Below, piece by piece: positions 38,534-52,517 of a stretch of 64,000 nucleotides of DNA. This DNA is from Felis catus (taxonomy: Eukaryota): the NCBI RefSeq assembly GCF_018350175.1, contig NC_058368.1, positions 144,524,001 through 144,588,000 on the forward strand, read 5' to 3'. Within the stretch, counting starts at the first letter, position 1. The number at the start of each line of letters is the position of its first letter. The translations under genes were made by a program, and so were the position numbers. A model generated the notes under the pieces. It searched no databases. It was not told the origin of the DNA and was given only the letters and a program-made list of their open reading frames with translations.

Positions 38534-39072
38534 GTAAGTCACATTCTATCTCTTAGACTTATGGTAGAATAAAAGGGTCTTATAGTTTTTATTTACTTAT
38601 AGCTAAGGCGAGCTGCTTAAGGAGGCAGGAGAGATGCTGAGAATAAACTCCCTGAAGTCGTTTATATATGAAAAGTTCTGTTGAATCATTTAACCTGTGA
38701 GCTTCGTTAAAACCATCTTTGGGAATTCATGTTTTATTGAATTTGTCTCACGATAGTGACTTTTCAGTGGAAGGCAGAAAAGGAATTAAATTAGAGAGTT
38801 GTTGGAATTCTGTAGACTATGGAAATTTCAAAAAAAGAAAAGAGGAAATGAGTAGAAGGCAGAGATCCTAGTCCTGAGTAACCTGCTGACCTCAGCTTTT
38901 TTGTCTACTTATGAGCTTAGTAAAGGCTTCCCCTTGCCTAAGAAGTGCCATGTTGCTGAAATAAGATTCTGGACTTCAACGGACATCCATCGTATTACCA
39001 GAAGTCTGTGAAAGTAGCTATCACACATATTTTTATATTCACATCTAATTGGTTGGTTTGCATGTGTTGAAG

Positions 39073-39209
39073 CCAAAGGTTCTGGACAAGTGTTTGGACA
39101 TCTAGATTTTAAAATAGTAGTGGAGCCTCCTGATGCTGCCCCATTCACTGTAGTCCTGTTGGCACCTTCACGTCAGGAGAAAGCTGCCTGGACGAGTGAC
39201 ATAAGTCAG
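39073..39209 (+). CDS. RASGRF2: RASGRF2 exon 12 (137 nt), PH2 domain: [45 protein letters not shown]
   Basis: gttgaag|CC acceptor, CAG|gtaaga donor. Confidence 0.95.
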
Positions 39210-40007
39210 GTAAGAGAGTGGCGTTTGCCATAAATTGTGATATTGTTTGTTTGTGTATGTGTGTGTTTATTTCACACCATAAATTTTGGGGGAAAGCTTT
39301 TAGCTATTTTATTTTTGTTAAAAAAATACATCTAGTTGCTGTGGACACTGCCATCACCACTGTGTATCTTGCTCAAGCTGGGATCATTTGTTGTTGTTTG
39401 TTTGTCTTTCTTTATAAAGCTAAAATTTACCTGAAGTGTGGTACTTGCATTTTAGTTCCTAGGCATTCTTGTACAGGCTGTGAATGTAATCACGTGTATT
39501 GAACGGTGTTAAAATTGCCCTGTTAGTAATAAATTCTCCAGCGACCTCCACTAGCTTATCTTTTGCTGATTTGTTTCTGAGGTAGAAGAATTGTGAGAGA
39601 TGCAAAAACAGCTAACAAGGGCTCTGATGAGAAATCACAAATTAAAGAATCACATCAAAGAAGAGAAACTGTCTATAGTATGAAATATGAAAATGAGCTT
39701 TCCTGTATTTTATATTGAAAAAACTAGGAAACAGATTTGCTTACTTTTCCTTGATCCACAATGCCCAGTTAAGGGATTCCTGCATTTATTCAGAAATTGG
39801 AAATATATCAAAACTAGTCGTGATTGGGCTTGTACATTCCTAAATACAAGGTCCACATGATGTTTACTCCATTAGCCAATTTGGAGACAAATGTTCATGT
39901 AAGGATAATATTAACAGAAGACTTGGTAATTATCTTCTAAGTTGTTAACTCAAGGAAGACTGGGGCAAATGGAAAAAGCATATACTATAGATTCAATTGC
40001 CTTCTAT

Positions 40008-40039
40008 TTTTCTTTTTTTTAGAGGTTTATTTATTTATT

Positions 40040-40078
<39 letters not shown>

Positions 40079-40236
40079 CACACGAGCAGGGGAGGGGGGG
40101 GGAGAGAGAATCCCAGCAGTCTCTGCACTGCCAGCGCAGAGCCCAATGTGGGGCTTGAACCTACAAACTGTGAGATCGTGACCTGAGCTGAAGTCAAGAG
40201 ATCGACACTTAACTGACTGAACCACCCAGGCGCCCC
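40008..40236 (-). mobile_element. CAN-SINE with (GA)n
   Basis: reverse-complement SINE body ending cccaggcgcccc. Confidence 0.9.
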
Positions 40237-41444
40237 ACCTTATCCTTTTCTGAAGAGCTCATAGTAGTTTGTATATAAAACTTAGGTAAAAATTTGAGCT
40301 ATGTCTTAGTTCTTCAGATACTTAATTTTTTCTGAGTGACTGAAAACTGAGGGAAAACAGACAAGGAAAGGAAAAATTGATTATTTTGATATGTCAAAGA
40401 GCTTTTTACAGACTTAATCTAGTTTGATCTTTATACTAGTATTCGGAAGGTAAACAGAAATATCAGTTCCATTTCACAGGTGAGAAATCTAAGGTTTGGA
40501 AGGCTAAGTATCTGTCCAAAGTTACACAACTCTGTTGAGTCATAAGTCATATCTAATCCATGTCTTTTATTGGCATTCTAAACAAACTCGACAAGAGTGC
40601 TAGATTTTTACTTATATATCCCCAGGACTCCTTTGATGGTGAATAAATAGCTTGAAGTGAAGGTGCTTCTTTTATGGCCAAAAAAGGAATGAAAACATGG
40701 GCTCTTCTATATTTGCATAATTATATCCTTGTGATTTATTAATACTTTCATTAGCTCTGTGCCGTATGAATTAATACTTTAGACTCTGTAACACATCTCT
40801 TACCTAATGAAATTCTGAATCATTCACTGATTCTATGACTATTTCTGCCAGGTATCTTGTAGGTATCAGAGATATGGTGATGGTCTCTGGTCTCATTGAG
40901 ATAGGCAGGCCAGTAGGGAAGAAAGGAAAAGTGGACAGCTTAATGCAACACAGTTTTATAGGTGTTGGGAAGCCAAGATGAGTAGAAGACTGGAGAGAAT
41001 ATGAGGAGGCAAAGGTTTTTTTCCAGCTGCTTCTAGCTTCTACCTTATGATGTAACTGAGACTCCTAAGGTACAAAATTGATAAAAGCTCTAAATAACCT
41101 TACTTAGCGTGCCTGGTGAGGCATTGCTAAAGAAAGAAAGACCCTTGGGTGCATGGATGATCCTATGATTGTTTTTTTTTAAAGAAAGGATACAGTGCTT
41201 TGCCATAAGCATCCAAGTGAGTCTTTCTATTAAACTACATCTTGAGGCAGAAGTACACAACTTGTTCATATTTTTCCAAGTCTCTATGGCTAATATGTTA
41301 AGTCCTACTAGATGGTATCTATAAGTGAATTGGAGAATAAAGCTAACGGAAAGTTATATCTTTTTGAGTGACAATGATATAATTCATGAAATTACTATGT
41401 TTAATGGAACCTGTTGTTGTATGACTTTAACACATGTTATTTCA

Positions 41445-42760
41445 TGTATTCAGCAAATACATTTTTGCAGTGATACTATATGCCAGGCACTGCTTAGGCA
41501 CCTGTGATATGTCATGAACAAAAGAGACAACAACAATAAAAATTCACTGACCTTGTGTAGCTTACATTCTAGTGTGAGGAAGATTGAAAATAAACAATAA
41601 ATGTACTAAATAAGTACACACTGTTTTATGTCAGAAGGTGATAGGACAGAGTAGGAAGGATTGCGTTACTGGGGGTAGGTGTGGGTCAGTACAGTTTTAA
41701 AATGGTGGTCACCTCAGGCTGCAGGAGACATCTAAACAACGACTGTAGCAGGTGATGGAAATACAATTGTAAATATATGATAAAGGGGAAGTCATTTCAA
41801 ACAGGGGGAAGAGCCACTGCAAAGACTCTAAAGTAGGAGGACACTGCATATTTTGAAGAATAGCATGAAGTCAGTGTGGTTGAAATGGATTGTGTGAGAG
41901 GGACAACAGGAGAAGAGGAAGTCAGAGAGGTAACAGAAGTCCAACCAAGGAAGGCCTCCTAAACCAATGAAAGGGCTTTAGCTTGGATTCTGAGTCCAAT
42001 GAAAAGCTCTTAAAAGGTTTGATGAAGGAATTCCATCATCTGACTTCAGTTTTAAAAGGATCTCTTTACCTGCTGTTTTACCTGCATAGACTGGGAGCAG
42101 AGGGCAAGAGTGGAAGTGGGGAGCTGAACGAGAAGGCTACTGTGATAATCCAGGTGAGAAGTCTTGAAGGCTCAGACCAATGGTAGGAATGGAGTTGGAG
42201 ATAAAGGTTTTGATTCTGGACTCATTTTTAAGGTCAAACCAACAGGGTTTTATTATGGCTTATATTTGGGGTGTGAGAGAGAAAGAAGATTTAAGGATGT
42301 CTTCAGAGTTTTTGGCCTGAGCAATGGGAAGAATGGAGTTGTCATTAACAGGATGGGAAAATCTTCTGGGACAGGGAGATTTTGTGGTGAATTATCAGAA
42401 GCTTACTCTGGATATGTTCAGTTTCAGAAGGCTGGTAGACATTTGCATGGAGTTGTTAAGTAAGCAGCAGTCCAGCATTTAGGAGAGAGGTCTGGGTGGG
42501 AGAGTCTGTCTCAGTTAGGTGGTATTTAAGTCTGTGAGAGTATTGAGACCACCCAGAGAGTAAGTACAGATAGAAATGAGAAAAAGGCCATGGACTGACT
42601 GAGGAGTCATGGAGAACAGCAAGAGGACTGAGAAGGTTCCACTAGTGTGGTAGGACAGCCAAGAGTGTGTGGTGTCCTGGAAGTCAAGTGAGGAAAGTGT
42701 ACCAAGGAGGGAGTGGTCACGTGTCAACTGCTATTAAAGGCTGAGTAGAACGGTGAACGC
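41445..42760 (-). mobile_element. LINE-2 fragment
   Basis: begins tattcagcaaatac...tatgccaggcactgcttaggc (antisense L2 3' end), followed by typical L2 body. Confidence 0.8.
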
Positions 42761-43422
42761 TCTGAGATACTTAGTGATTTTGCCAATACAAGGTTTGATT
42801 GGTGGATGGTAGGGACAGAGTGCTTCACTGTTGATTGAGCCTAGGTTGCTGCCAAGCAGCACATCTCAACTGGCTTTCTTCTCTGCTTGAAGCAATTTCA
42901 TTTTATGGAGGAAATTATGTGCTATACATACATTGATGCTATTTGTCAGTCTCCCAAAATGTCTCTGGACAGATTCATTATTAATAAGACGAGCCCACTG
43001 AAAGCTTGAAAATGTACTATTTAATATTTTATTATGTATATGTAAAAATATGGACATAAAAAGGAACTAAAAATATTCTCAACACTCAGCACATTAAATT
43101 AATGTTTATCAAAGTATTTCCACAGATAACTATAGTAGAGTTGCCTGAGGGTTTTTGTAAACTTGCAGATTCCTGAGTCTACATTCCAGGCCCTCCCCCA
43201 CCCTTCCCTGGGTTAACAACTCCACAGATCACTTTTGCACAATTAAATGAAAAAGCTCCACCCTGAAAATTAATGGTTTCCATCTCTAAACCCCCTAGAA
43301 TCCTGTCATACAGAAATAATTTTACAGTTTGGCTCTCAGTGTATGTATATACATAATTTTCACATTTTACCTCATTTACATCTTTATTCCTGCATATTCT
43401 TCATATTGGTGTCTTCTAATAG

Positions 43423-43423
<1 letters not shown>

Positions 43424-43463
<40 letters not shown>
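43424..43463. repeat. (AC)n microsatellite
   Basis: direct reading. Confidence 0.95.
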
Positions 43464-43466
<3 letters not shown>

Positions 43467-45579
43467 CCACATTAACATACCATTTTTCCAGCTTTTCCTA
43501 AATAAATGGATAATATCCCAGATTTTAGCATTAATATGTGATGTCATGCTAAACATTGTTTTACAGGGAGTTTCTTCCCCTATCAAAGTCCTTGTTGGCA
43601 TATCTTCCCCACAGAGGGTAAGGTTGGTACAAAGGGTCTGATCACTTCCGTGATTTCATGATTCATGACTTGACAGGTTGCCAAAATGCATCATCTCACT
43701 TCATCATTGGCAAGATACCAGTGTAACTTTTTTCTAAGTTCTGTGCCAAGGTTGAGTTTTATCATATTTATCACATCTTCCTATTTAATGGAAAAGTGGT
43801 ATGATTCTCTAGTGGTTTTAATTTACATTTCTATATTTATCAATGAGATTAACATTTTCTGCCATTTCTGTCTCTTGTCTGTTTATGCCAAATAGACATT
43901 TATTCATTGGAGCTATCCTTACAGACTAGGGAAATAAACACCTTTCAATTCAAATTTTGAATATGTTCCCCATTATTTTGTCATTTTATTTTTGTCACTT
44001 TTTATTTTGGTGGATCTTAATTTTTTCATGACTTGATTTAAAGCCACATTGCTAAGCTATTATACCATGTTATGCTAATCACATGTAGCTCTTATTTAAG
44101 ATAATAAAGTAGTTCCTGAGTATTGATACATTCCCAGTTTCACATAAAGAACTCTTTACAAAAATTAAGACTATTGATTTTGCCAGGCCTCTTTCTCTGA
44201 AGCTGTAATTTTTAGAAGTAACAATTGCTTGAATGATTAATTACACCTTTAGTTACACCAGTAAGCCCATAATTAACTGTTGGCACCTCCAACAAAATGA
44301 ACAAATGGCTAATGGTCTTGACCAATAATTCTTTTCCTTTTCATCTATTTATAGGGAAAAATTTGAGGCTGAGGATTTGACCATTCATTTCAATATAGTG
44401 CATTCATTTATGCTTGTCTTCCTGTCATACATAATGGTATATTAAACAGATTTGTCTATAATTATGGGTATTAACTAAAATGCAGAATTAAAATTCACCT
44501 CTGAGCTTGGTTTGGGCAGATGTGTCAAAATGCATACCTTGTGTAGACAAATCCATAGCACTCTCACATGCTTTCTCCCTTAAAATAGCTTCTCTGGAAT
44601 CAATAGGGAATTTTTTACTTCAACATAAAAAGGTGAATTAAAAGAGAAAAATTGAATCTAACCTTTCTTCTCAGAAGAAAAAAGCATGGTGACACAGTAG
44701 ACTACTGACCTTTGAGCAGGTATTGGCTTAAGCAAGATCCTCAAAAGACCTTGCTGGAGAAGTCATTTTCAACAATTGTCCAGGGACCAGTTGCTTCAAA
44801 ACTACCTGGGGCTATTGTGAACATAAAAGTTACTCTATTAACCCTATTAATTTCAAGGTTTACTGTAATTCATGTAAATTTAATACATCCTTAAAGATAT
44901 GTGACACCTTGCTTATCACAATTCTTCTTGAATGAGTGAAGTATATTCGTTTTCCCAGGGCTCAAGTCACTTTTCCCCAGCACAATTAAAAGACAGGCTT
45001 ATATGGTCATGAATAATACCATGCCTTCCAATATAAATATATTCATACACATACTCATATTTATAAATTCTATTATAGTCTTAACTTTTTATGGAAGAGA
45101 ACCCGTTCTTCAGTGCAGCATTATTGAAAGTCCCAAATGCAAGCAAGATAAAGACAGGATACTCTCGTTGAAATAGAGCTGGTGGACCCAGAGCCCCTGA
45201 GAGTTCTGTTTGTTCACACTCATGTTGTCACTGCACCCTGTCTATGGAGCCTCTAGGAAATGAAGATTTTTATTACATGGTCTTTTGAGTTGCGGTTCAG
45301 ACTACATGTATGTTTTGTTCTCCTGAAACTTGAGTGTAAGTGAAATTTTCCTTTTTTTCTATTGAAAATAATAGTAATGCCTCACACAGTAAATCAGAAA
45401 GATTTATGAATGAGGTATGACACTGGATAATGAGATGGTCAAAAGTTATCACATAAATCTCTTTTGGATCTAAAATATTTATCTCAGGTTCCAATTCTGA
45501 CTGTGTGGAGGACTGAGCTGATTTAGATCCTCTCTAGATATAAAAACAGAAGTGCTTAACATATAAAATTAGAATAAAA

Positions 45580-45682
45580 GGGCGCCTGGCCGGCTCTGTC
45601 AGTAGAGTGTTCAGCTCTTGACTTGGGGTTGTGAGTTCAAGCTACATGGGTTGAGAAATTATTTAAATAAATAAATAAATCT
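45580..45682 (+). mobile_element. Short CAN-SINE
   Basis: gggcgcctggccggctctgtcagtagag head, then (TAAA)n tail. Confidence 0.75.
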
Positions 45683-46389
45683 TTAAAATCAGTATAAAAG
45701 AAAAAAGTTAATACATTGGTTATATTTACAGGAATAAAAGGTAATCTCTGGTTATCAGAAATACCAAAGAAACTTAAAATTAGAGTAGAAAGCTTATAAG
45801 CTGAAGACGTAGAGGCCTGAGAATGATTTTAGACTGAGTATTGGTCTCAAGCCCAAGGGGTTTTAACTAAAGAGAATGAGAGGCAGCCTTGGGCCCCTTA
45901 AAGGAATTAAGCTCCCTGTTTAAAGCCTAGATTTTGGAAGAGTATCACAACTGTGAAATAAGAACTCAAAACCTCTTCCTGTTAGCCCAAAAAATAATTA
46001 AGGAAGTTTGTCTTTGTTTTGGGTTCTGAGTTTAAAAAAAATCTCCTTTGAAAAAAAATGAGTGTGTTTCCAGCCTATAGATTTGAAATTTAAATGTATC
46101 GTATTCACATGGTATGAAAAATCCAAACTGAGGAATTAATGTAAAAGCGGTTTTTGAGACTCTTGAAATCCTAAGACTTCTTGGTAGAAGCATACACAAA
46201 GTTACTCCATTAGCAACACTTCTGCAATTCAGGGCTCATTACAGTGTGCTCAAAATCAGAAATCACAAGTCTTGTGAGTAAATTATCTATTTTGAGAGAG
46301 TCAGAAGCACAGTGAATGATAGAATTAACACTGCTGGTGACAACTTGGAAAAGACTGTAAAATAAGAATGTTTAAAATATAATAAAGCC

Positions 46390-46435
46390 AGAAAGAAAGA
46401 GAGAGAGAGGGAGGAAGGAAGGATGAGAGAACGAG

Positions 46436-46490
<55 letters not shown>

Positions 46491-46571
46491 GAAAGGGAAG
46501 AAAGAAAGGGAGGAAGGAAGGAAGGAAGGAAGGAAGGAAGGAAGGAAGGAAGGAAGGAAGGAAAGAAAAAG
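46390..46571. repeat. Polypurine (GAAA)n/(GGAA)n compound microsatellite
   Basis: direct reading. Confidence 0.95.
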
Positions 46572-46627
46572 ATTACTATGTAAAACGGACCAGGTTGATC
46601 TGTCAAAGAACCAAACAGAAAAAAAAA

Positions 46628-46838
46628 TTTTTTTTTTAACGTTTATTTATTTTTGAGACAGAGAGAGACAGAGCATTAATGGGGGAGGGGCAGAGAGAGG
46701 GAGACACAGAATCTGAAACAGGCTCCAGGCTCTGAGCTGTCAGCACAGAGCCCGACGCGGGGCTCGAACTCACAGACCGTGAGATCATGACCTGAGCCGA
46801 AGTCGGACGCTTAACCGACCAAGCCACCCAGGCGCCCC
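46628..46838 (-). mobile_element. Young SINEC_Fc
   Basis: direct repeat aaacagaaaaa at 46613-46623 and 46840-46850. Confidence 0.93.
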
Positions 46839-48005
46839 GAAACAGAAAAATTTAAACATGGAAAATATAATCCTAAATCATCCTAAAGCTGTTGTTTGTG
46901 TAACTGTGCCATTTGCTTAGAATGTTAAAGGAAACTGAAGTAACATTGTTCATTTTCCACAGTTTTCATCAAACACCATCTCTGTCCTCTTGTTTCCTGT
47001 GTTGGTTACCCAAGCGGCAGCCTCACTGTGCTTTAGAGATATTAAAAATGAAAAATGAAAAATGAAAATCACTTACCTCACCTCTCCCCTCCCTGTCTGT
47101 GTGTGAGCCCTGTCCTCCAAAAGCACTCTTTCCCATCCCCTCCCCCACAATACCAATCAACGTCTTCACGCCATTTAACTACAATCATAAATCACTGTAT
47201 GGTAACCTAGTAACTAGAAATATTTTCTGATTTTAAAAATTGCTTAAATCTTTTTTCATTTTCTATTTTGTTCAAAAGGAATATGTGTAATTCAAAATAA
47301 ATCCTTCTTTAACCCTTCTCTAATTGCAAAGGGAAATTTTAAGTTGATAAGGCGTAAGTAAACAAGACAGAGGAAATTAACAAAATTTCCTGAGTTTTCC
47401 TCCTGGAAAGAAAAGAGTAAAAGATAAACAGGGCTTTATGCATTCCAGAGCGGGAGAAATTACACAACGCATCCTCATCAAATCAACATGGTGCCAATAG
47501 AAACTGCTAGAGACACTAGTAAAATGGGGGAATTTGTTGGCAAAAAAACCACCTGAGAAGCAGGCACAGAGCTTGCTAGTGAGACAGAAGGTGAATTTCA
47601 TCCAAGAAAGCCATTATTTTTACTCAGCCTGCCCCAGACCACCCTCGGGCAGAGAATGAATATCGCAGAGGCTGTTACTGTCGGAAGGTACAGACCTCTC
47701 AACTAGTACAGCTACTGACAGAGAATAGTGATGATGTGACATCATGGCCAGTGTCCTTAGGAAATACATTTCAGGAAAAAAAAAAAAAGCCTCTATCTCT
47801 ATCCTCAGGTATTTGCCAAGTGCACAGTTCTGGTAACTGGGTATTGAATCTGCTCATCAGTGTACAGTGTTTACCTGTTGCTGTGTGTGTGTGCACAGAT
47901 GAAATAAGAAACTAAATTGTTTTCATGGCTATAAACAGTTTGGAGAATATATGCTCTGCCTAGGTTTTCATGTGGGTTGTAATTGTTTATTTTTTAATTT
48001 CACAG

Positions 48006-48088
48006 TGTGTGGACAATATACGGTGTAATGGTTTAATGACTATAGTATTTGAAGAGAATTCCAAAGTTACTGTGCCACATATGATTAA
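48006..48088 (+). CDS. RASGRF2: RASGRF2 exon 13 (83 nt): [27 protein letters not shown]
   Basis: tttcacag|TGT acceptor, TTAA|gtaagt donor. Confidence 0.96.
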
Positions 48089-49295
48089 GTAAGTGTGATA
48101 ATCCTTTCCCTTACATTTTAATCAAGATCAAATTGGTAGAGAACATAAAGCCCTGCAAAAATATTGCTTCCATAGGATTCTGCTACATTTTGTGAATATG
48201 TTTCTTGGCAGTAATGCAATAATTCATGATATGCTATTATAAATAATACGACTATCAAAATGGGTTTTCAAATTCATAGTTTATTGATTCATAGCATAGA
48301 AAAATGTCTTTTATACTGTTACATATGCTTTCATTCAGGAAAAAAACCTATTGAGGTTTTCAAGCACAATATAAAAAGTTGTGACAGCCAGATGTATCCA
48401 AGGGTCAGAGGCCGGATCAAAGTACGGCAGATCCTTTTGGCATCTTCCCAGCTGGGTATGAATCATATTACTCAGATTTGATTGTGGAGATATGTTTAGA
48501 TTCCAAAGACACTTGACATGAATCAACTGGCCTTTCCATGGTACCATCTGCTGTTCCTTCTATGTGGATTTGCCCAGGGCTGTCATCATGCTATTTGGTT
48601 AACAAAATATATCCTATAATTTAAGGTGATCAATAGGGAAATGGTAGTTTAAAATGAGAAATTATATCACTGACTATGTGCCATTGTTCTCTGAATTAAT
48701 GCTTTTGTCTCTACATACTTTTTTGTTTCCAAATTCAGAAATTGTTTCAGGAGTATTTTGAAGCTGACCAAATTGTTCCCTGTTCTCATTGTTTTGGTTG
48801 TTTGAGGTCCAAATTCCTGTTATATCTTTCAACAAAAGTTACATGAAACTAAGGAAATATTTGTGCTCTATGCATTTTTAATGTGGGTTTGTTTGGTTTT
48901 TTTTAGGTCTGAGCCGTTTGTCCTAAGGCAATAAATAACATTAATTTTCCTCTATCTAATAGGTAATAAGTGTAATTAGTACCATCCCCAGAGTACAACT
49001 TTTAGAACTTACCAATTATTTTATTAGATGAAGGCAGAGTACATTATACTAATGCCATAATTACTACAGAAAAATATAAATTATAAAAGAATGATAATAT
49101 TTTAAATTACTGGTCAAATTTAGAAACATTTTAGGTAGGATCGTTTTAAAGCTCTAGGGTGAAGATTCTTTAAGCGTTTAGTTTTATAAGGTTTTGATTT
49201 AGTATGGTTTCTTAAAACCATATTAGTTAAAAATGTGTGATGCTAAGATAGAAACAAAGGATGAAGTATTAAAAGGTCCAAATTGTGACTTAATT

Positions 49296-49491
49296 TTTAT
49301 TTTTTATAACTTCTTTTAATATTTATTCATTTTTGAGAGAGAGAGAGAGAGGCAGAGAGAGAGGCAGACAGAGGATCTGAGGCTCTCTCTGTGTTCACAG
49401 AAGCAAGCCTGATACGGGGTTCAAACTCATGAACCCCAAGATCAGGACCTGAGCCGAAGTTGGATGGCCAACCGAGTCACCCAGGAACCCC
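49296..49491 (-). mobile_element. CAN-SINE (diverged)
   Basis: poly-T, GA tract, gatcaggacctgagccgaag. Confidence 0.85.
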
Positions 49492-50659
49492 GTGATTTAA
49501 TTTTTAAATTCACATCATTGGGTTAGAGTTATTTTAATTTTCTACCACAGGATTCTTGTATTAATATTTCACAAAATAGTGTATGTTCCTTTTATCCATT
49601 TTTAAAAGTACTTTCTTGAAGGTTAGACAGCCATGAAAGTCCCACCTGCTTTAGAATGAGAATATGTAAGTTGGACACTGCAGCCAAGTCATAAGCTCCT
49701 AAAGCCCTAGAGCTACTTCACACGTGCTATACGTACAGTTTGTTGACTTTTGAAATGAATACAGATACAAACTTTAGTTTTGTGCCTGACTGGTTATGGC
49801 ACAAACACATATTCTGTCCCCTGTGATGTCCGTTTGAGCTTGGTAGACGCATCCACAGAGTCACTCCATTAGCACCCATGTCCAACCTCATATGTGTAAC
49901 TACTTCACGCACAGACCAGGACTTCCCTGCTTTTGGGTGTACAGAGTGACACTTGAATGAGCAGGAACTGCTCTCCTGCTAGAACAGAAACCTGGATCTC
50001 GGGCTGTAAGGATTTTCTATTAGAATCACAGATGTTTTGATGACCATCTATACTATTCTAGATGTATTCCCAAAGCAGAGTAATGTCTCATCTATTTATT
50101 CCTTACTTCTCATCTATTTATTCCTTCCATTGAGCCTGGTTCTCCTCAGTCAGAGGAAAGAGGATAATTTTCCAATTTCCATTCCTTCTGATAGTTCCAT
50201 CTGGGGCTCTGTTCTACCCTAAATTCTGTATTGGTGCCTCCCAAGTGCATACTATGAAAAAAAAAAGACATTTTTTTGAGTTAAAAGAAAAACTATCTTA
50301 ATTGTGTCCACTTGTTACTGACATGGCATCACTTTGCAGGCACCCACTTCCTTTTAAAACCTAAGTAATTATAATAGGTGATTTGGGTTTGGTGTCTCAA
50401 GATTGCATTTTTAAGTGTTTACCAAAATGGAGTTGTTATTATCACAGGAGGCTTAAGTAATGCATTATATCTTTCTTGAGAGTCCCTTAGGAAATAAACA
50501 TTGTGTTCAGTGTAATAAAAGAAAATTAAATAATTTCATAATATTTAATTTATTTTCTTTTCTTAAAATGAAAATGTAATCATAATTTTGAAGGACAGTG
50601 GTATAATTAGTTTTATTTTAATTTTGTATTTTCACAACATACTTTTTTCTCCCAGTGTT

Positions 50660-50765
50660 TTTGTTGCTGTTTTTAAGTAGGCTCTATTCCCAACGTGAGG
50701 CTCTAATTCACGACCCTGAGATCAAGATTTGCAACGCTCTACTGACTGAGCCAGCCAGGTGCCCC
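50660..50765 (-). mobile_element. Short CAN-SINE
   Basis: ccctgagatcaag...ctgactgagccagccaggtgcccc. Confidence 0.75.
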
Positions 50766-52517
50766 ATTTATTCCAGTGTTTTGAGTAAAGTAATTATGGT
50801 TAAAAGATGCAAAGCTCAAAACTAGTATTAGAATGCAAAATTATGACATTTATTGGGTGAAAATAGCCCTGTAAGTGGTGCTTTACATTTTAGGGTAGGG
50901 TAAGGTAAGGCTTGCTTCCTTTTAATAATAGTTGACCTCACCTTTCTTAGAAAATAGAGATTTTTAGTGGGAAAACAGTAGGAGGAGAAAGTGATTACCT
51001 TGATCAGCCATCTTCTGGACAGATTGACTTATTTAGTAAAGTTCTAAGGTCTTTTTACTAATGAGAAAATTAAGAACCATAAAAGTAAAGTTTATAAAGG
51101 GTCACATAGTAAGTGGAAAAAAGAGCCCCACGCTATTTTCAAGAATCTCAAAAAAAGCACTTTTGTTTTTTAGAGATCAGCTATGTGGCTAAAACAAACA
51201 GACCACCCTTAACTTCCTCAGCAGGGGTAAGCTGCTCATTTAAAATGCTCTTTCGAGCCTGCAGATGAAGTACTTTTGCGTGCACCCAGCATACGTTGGA
51301 GTGGGCAATTTCCAAAAGCAAGCTAAGAAAGTTATTGATTCCATTTTATTTGAAAGAAAATAAATATATAATTTAAAATCCCTCCAAGTGCTGAAGGGGC
51401 TAATTAAGGGCACTCACAACAAGCGAACTGATTCTCAGCAAGCACTTGCCTCACTGAACGTTCCTGGCCCTGCAGCATGTCCTTTAATCAAGTGGTGAAA
51501 TCCAGGACTTCACCGATTCACTGATTTTCTGAGATGTGGCAGTGGTGGGAAACAAGGAGTTCCGGAAGGGAATGCGAGGGCTCTGGGCAGTCCTAGCAAA
51601 GGGGTGCATTTCTTTGAGCCCCACTTGGATTCAGCCTCTGCTTCCAAGCATGTCCTCTTACAAGCATGTCTTCTCTGTTGGCTTCTTTTGCCCTTTCTAA
51701 CAAATGTGTACCACGGGCTGAGGGCTCTGAGCACAGCCAAGGATTGTGAGGGCTGCTGTGTGCATCTTCCCCCTGGTGTGCTCATCCACCTGGAGAGGCT
51801 GCTCAGGCATCCAGGAAATCTGGTAGGCTTAAAGAACAGCCAGATGGGAGGTTTTATAGAATAAGAAAAAAAATAAAAAGCAGAGCACTGCAGGGGGCAA
51901 TGGTGGATACTGTTCATGGAGAATCTCTCCCATTACTTTTTTTTTTTTTAATGAAGACACTTTTAACACTGCAAAATATTGCAAAATAATGAAGACATAA
52001 CGATTCACACAATTTATGGATCAAACTGTACTCGTAAAATGGATAGCCTTAAATGCATTAATAAGCCAGGAAGAATGAAATGAATTAAGCATTCAGTTCA
52101 AGAAGTTACAAAAAAAAAAGAAAAGAAAAAATAAGCTGTTAAGAAAGTGTGGGAAGAAAATAATTAAGAACAGACACAAATACATTAAAATACAGAAAAA
52201 CAGTAGAACTGGTCAAAAAGCCAGTTCTAAAGGGAAAAATACCTAATAATGTAATCTGTTGGTCAGTGTAGTTAAGAAAAATGGGGGGAAGCACAAATGC
52301 TCAAAATTAGAAGTGAGGAAAAAAATAACCACAGATATAGCAGTGTTATCTGTGTCTCCCTCCCCCCTTCTATCGGTCTGTGGGAAGAATGTCCCCCATG
52401 GCTTAAGTTTTCAGCACACTTCTGATATTCTGATTTAAGGGTATAAGCAATGCTCCTCCTATATAGGGCTTTTGGCTTCATTTCTCTAATAAAACTTGAT
52501 TGAACTAGGGAGAAAGG

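Noticed and set aside
51510..51917. 135-aa minus-strand ORF and weak CTCF-like actgcagggggca near 51887
   Set aside because: No homology or splice support; the motif has mismatches in the 5' core.
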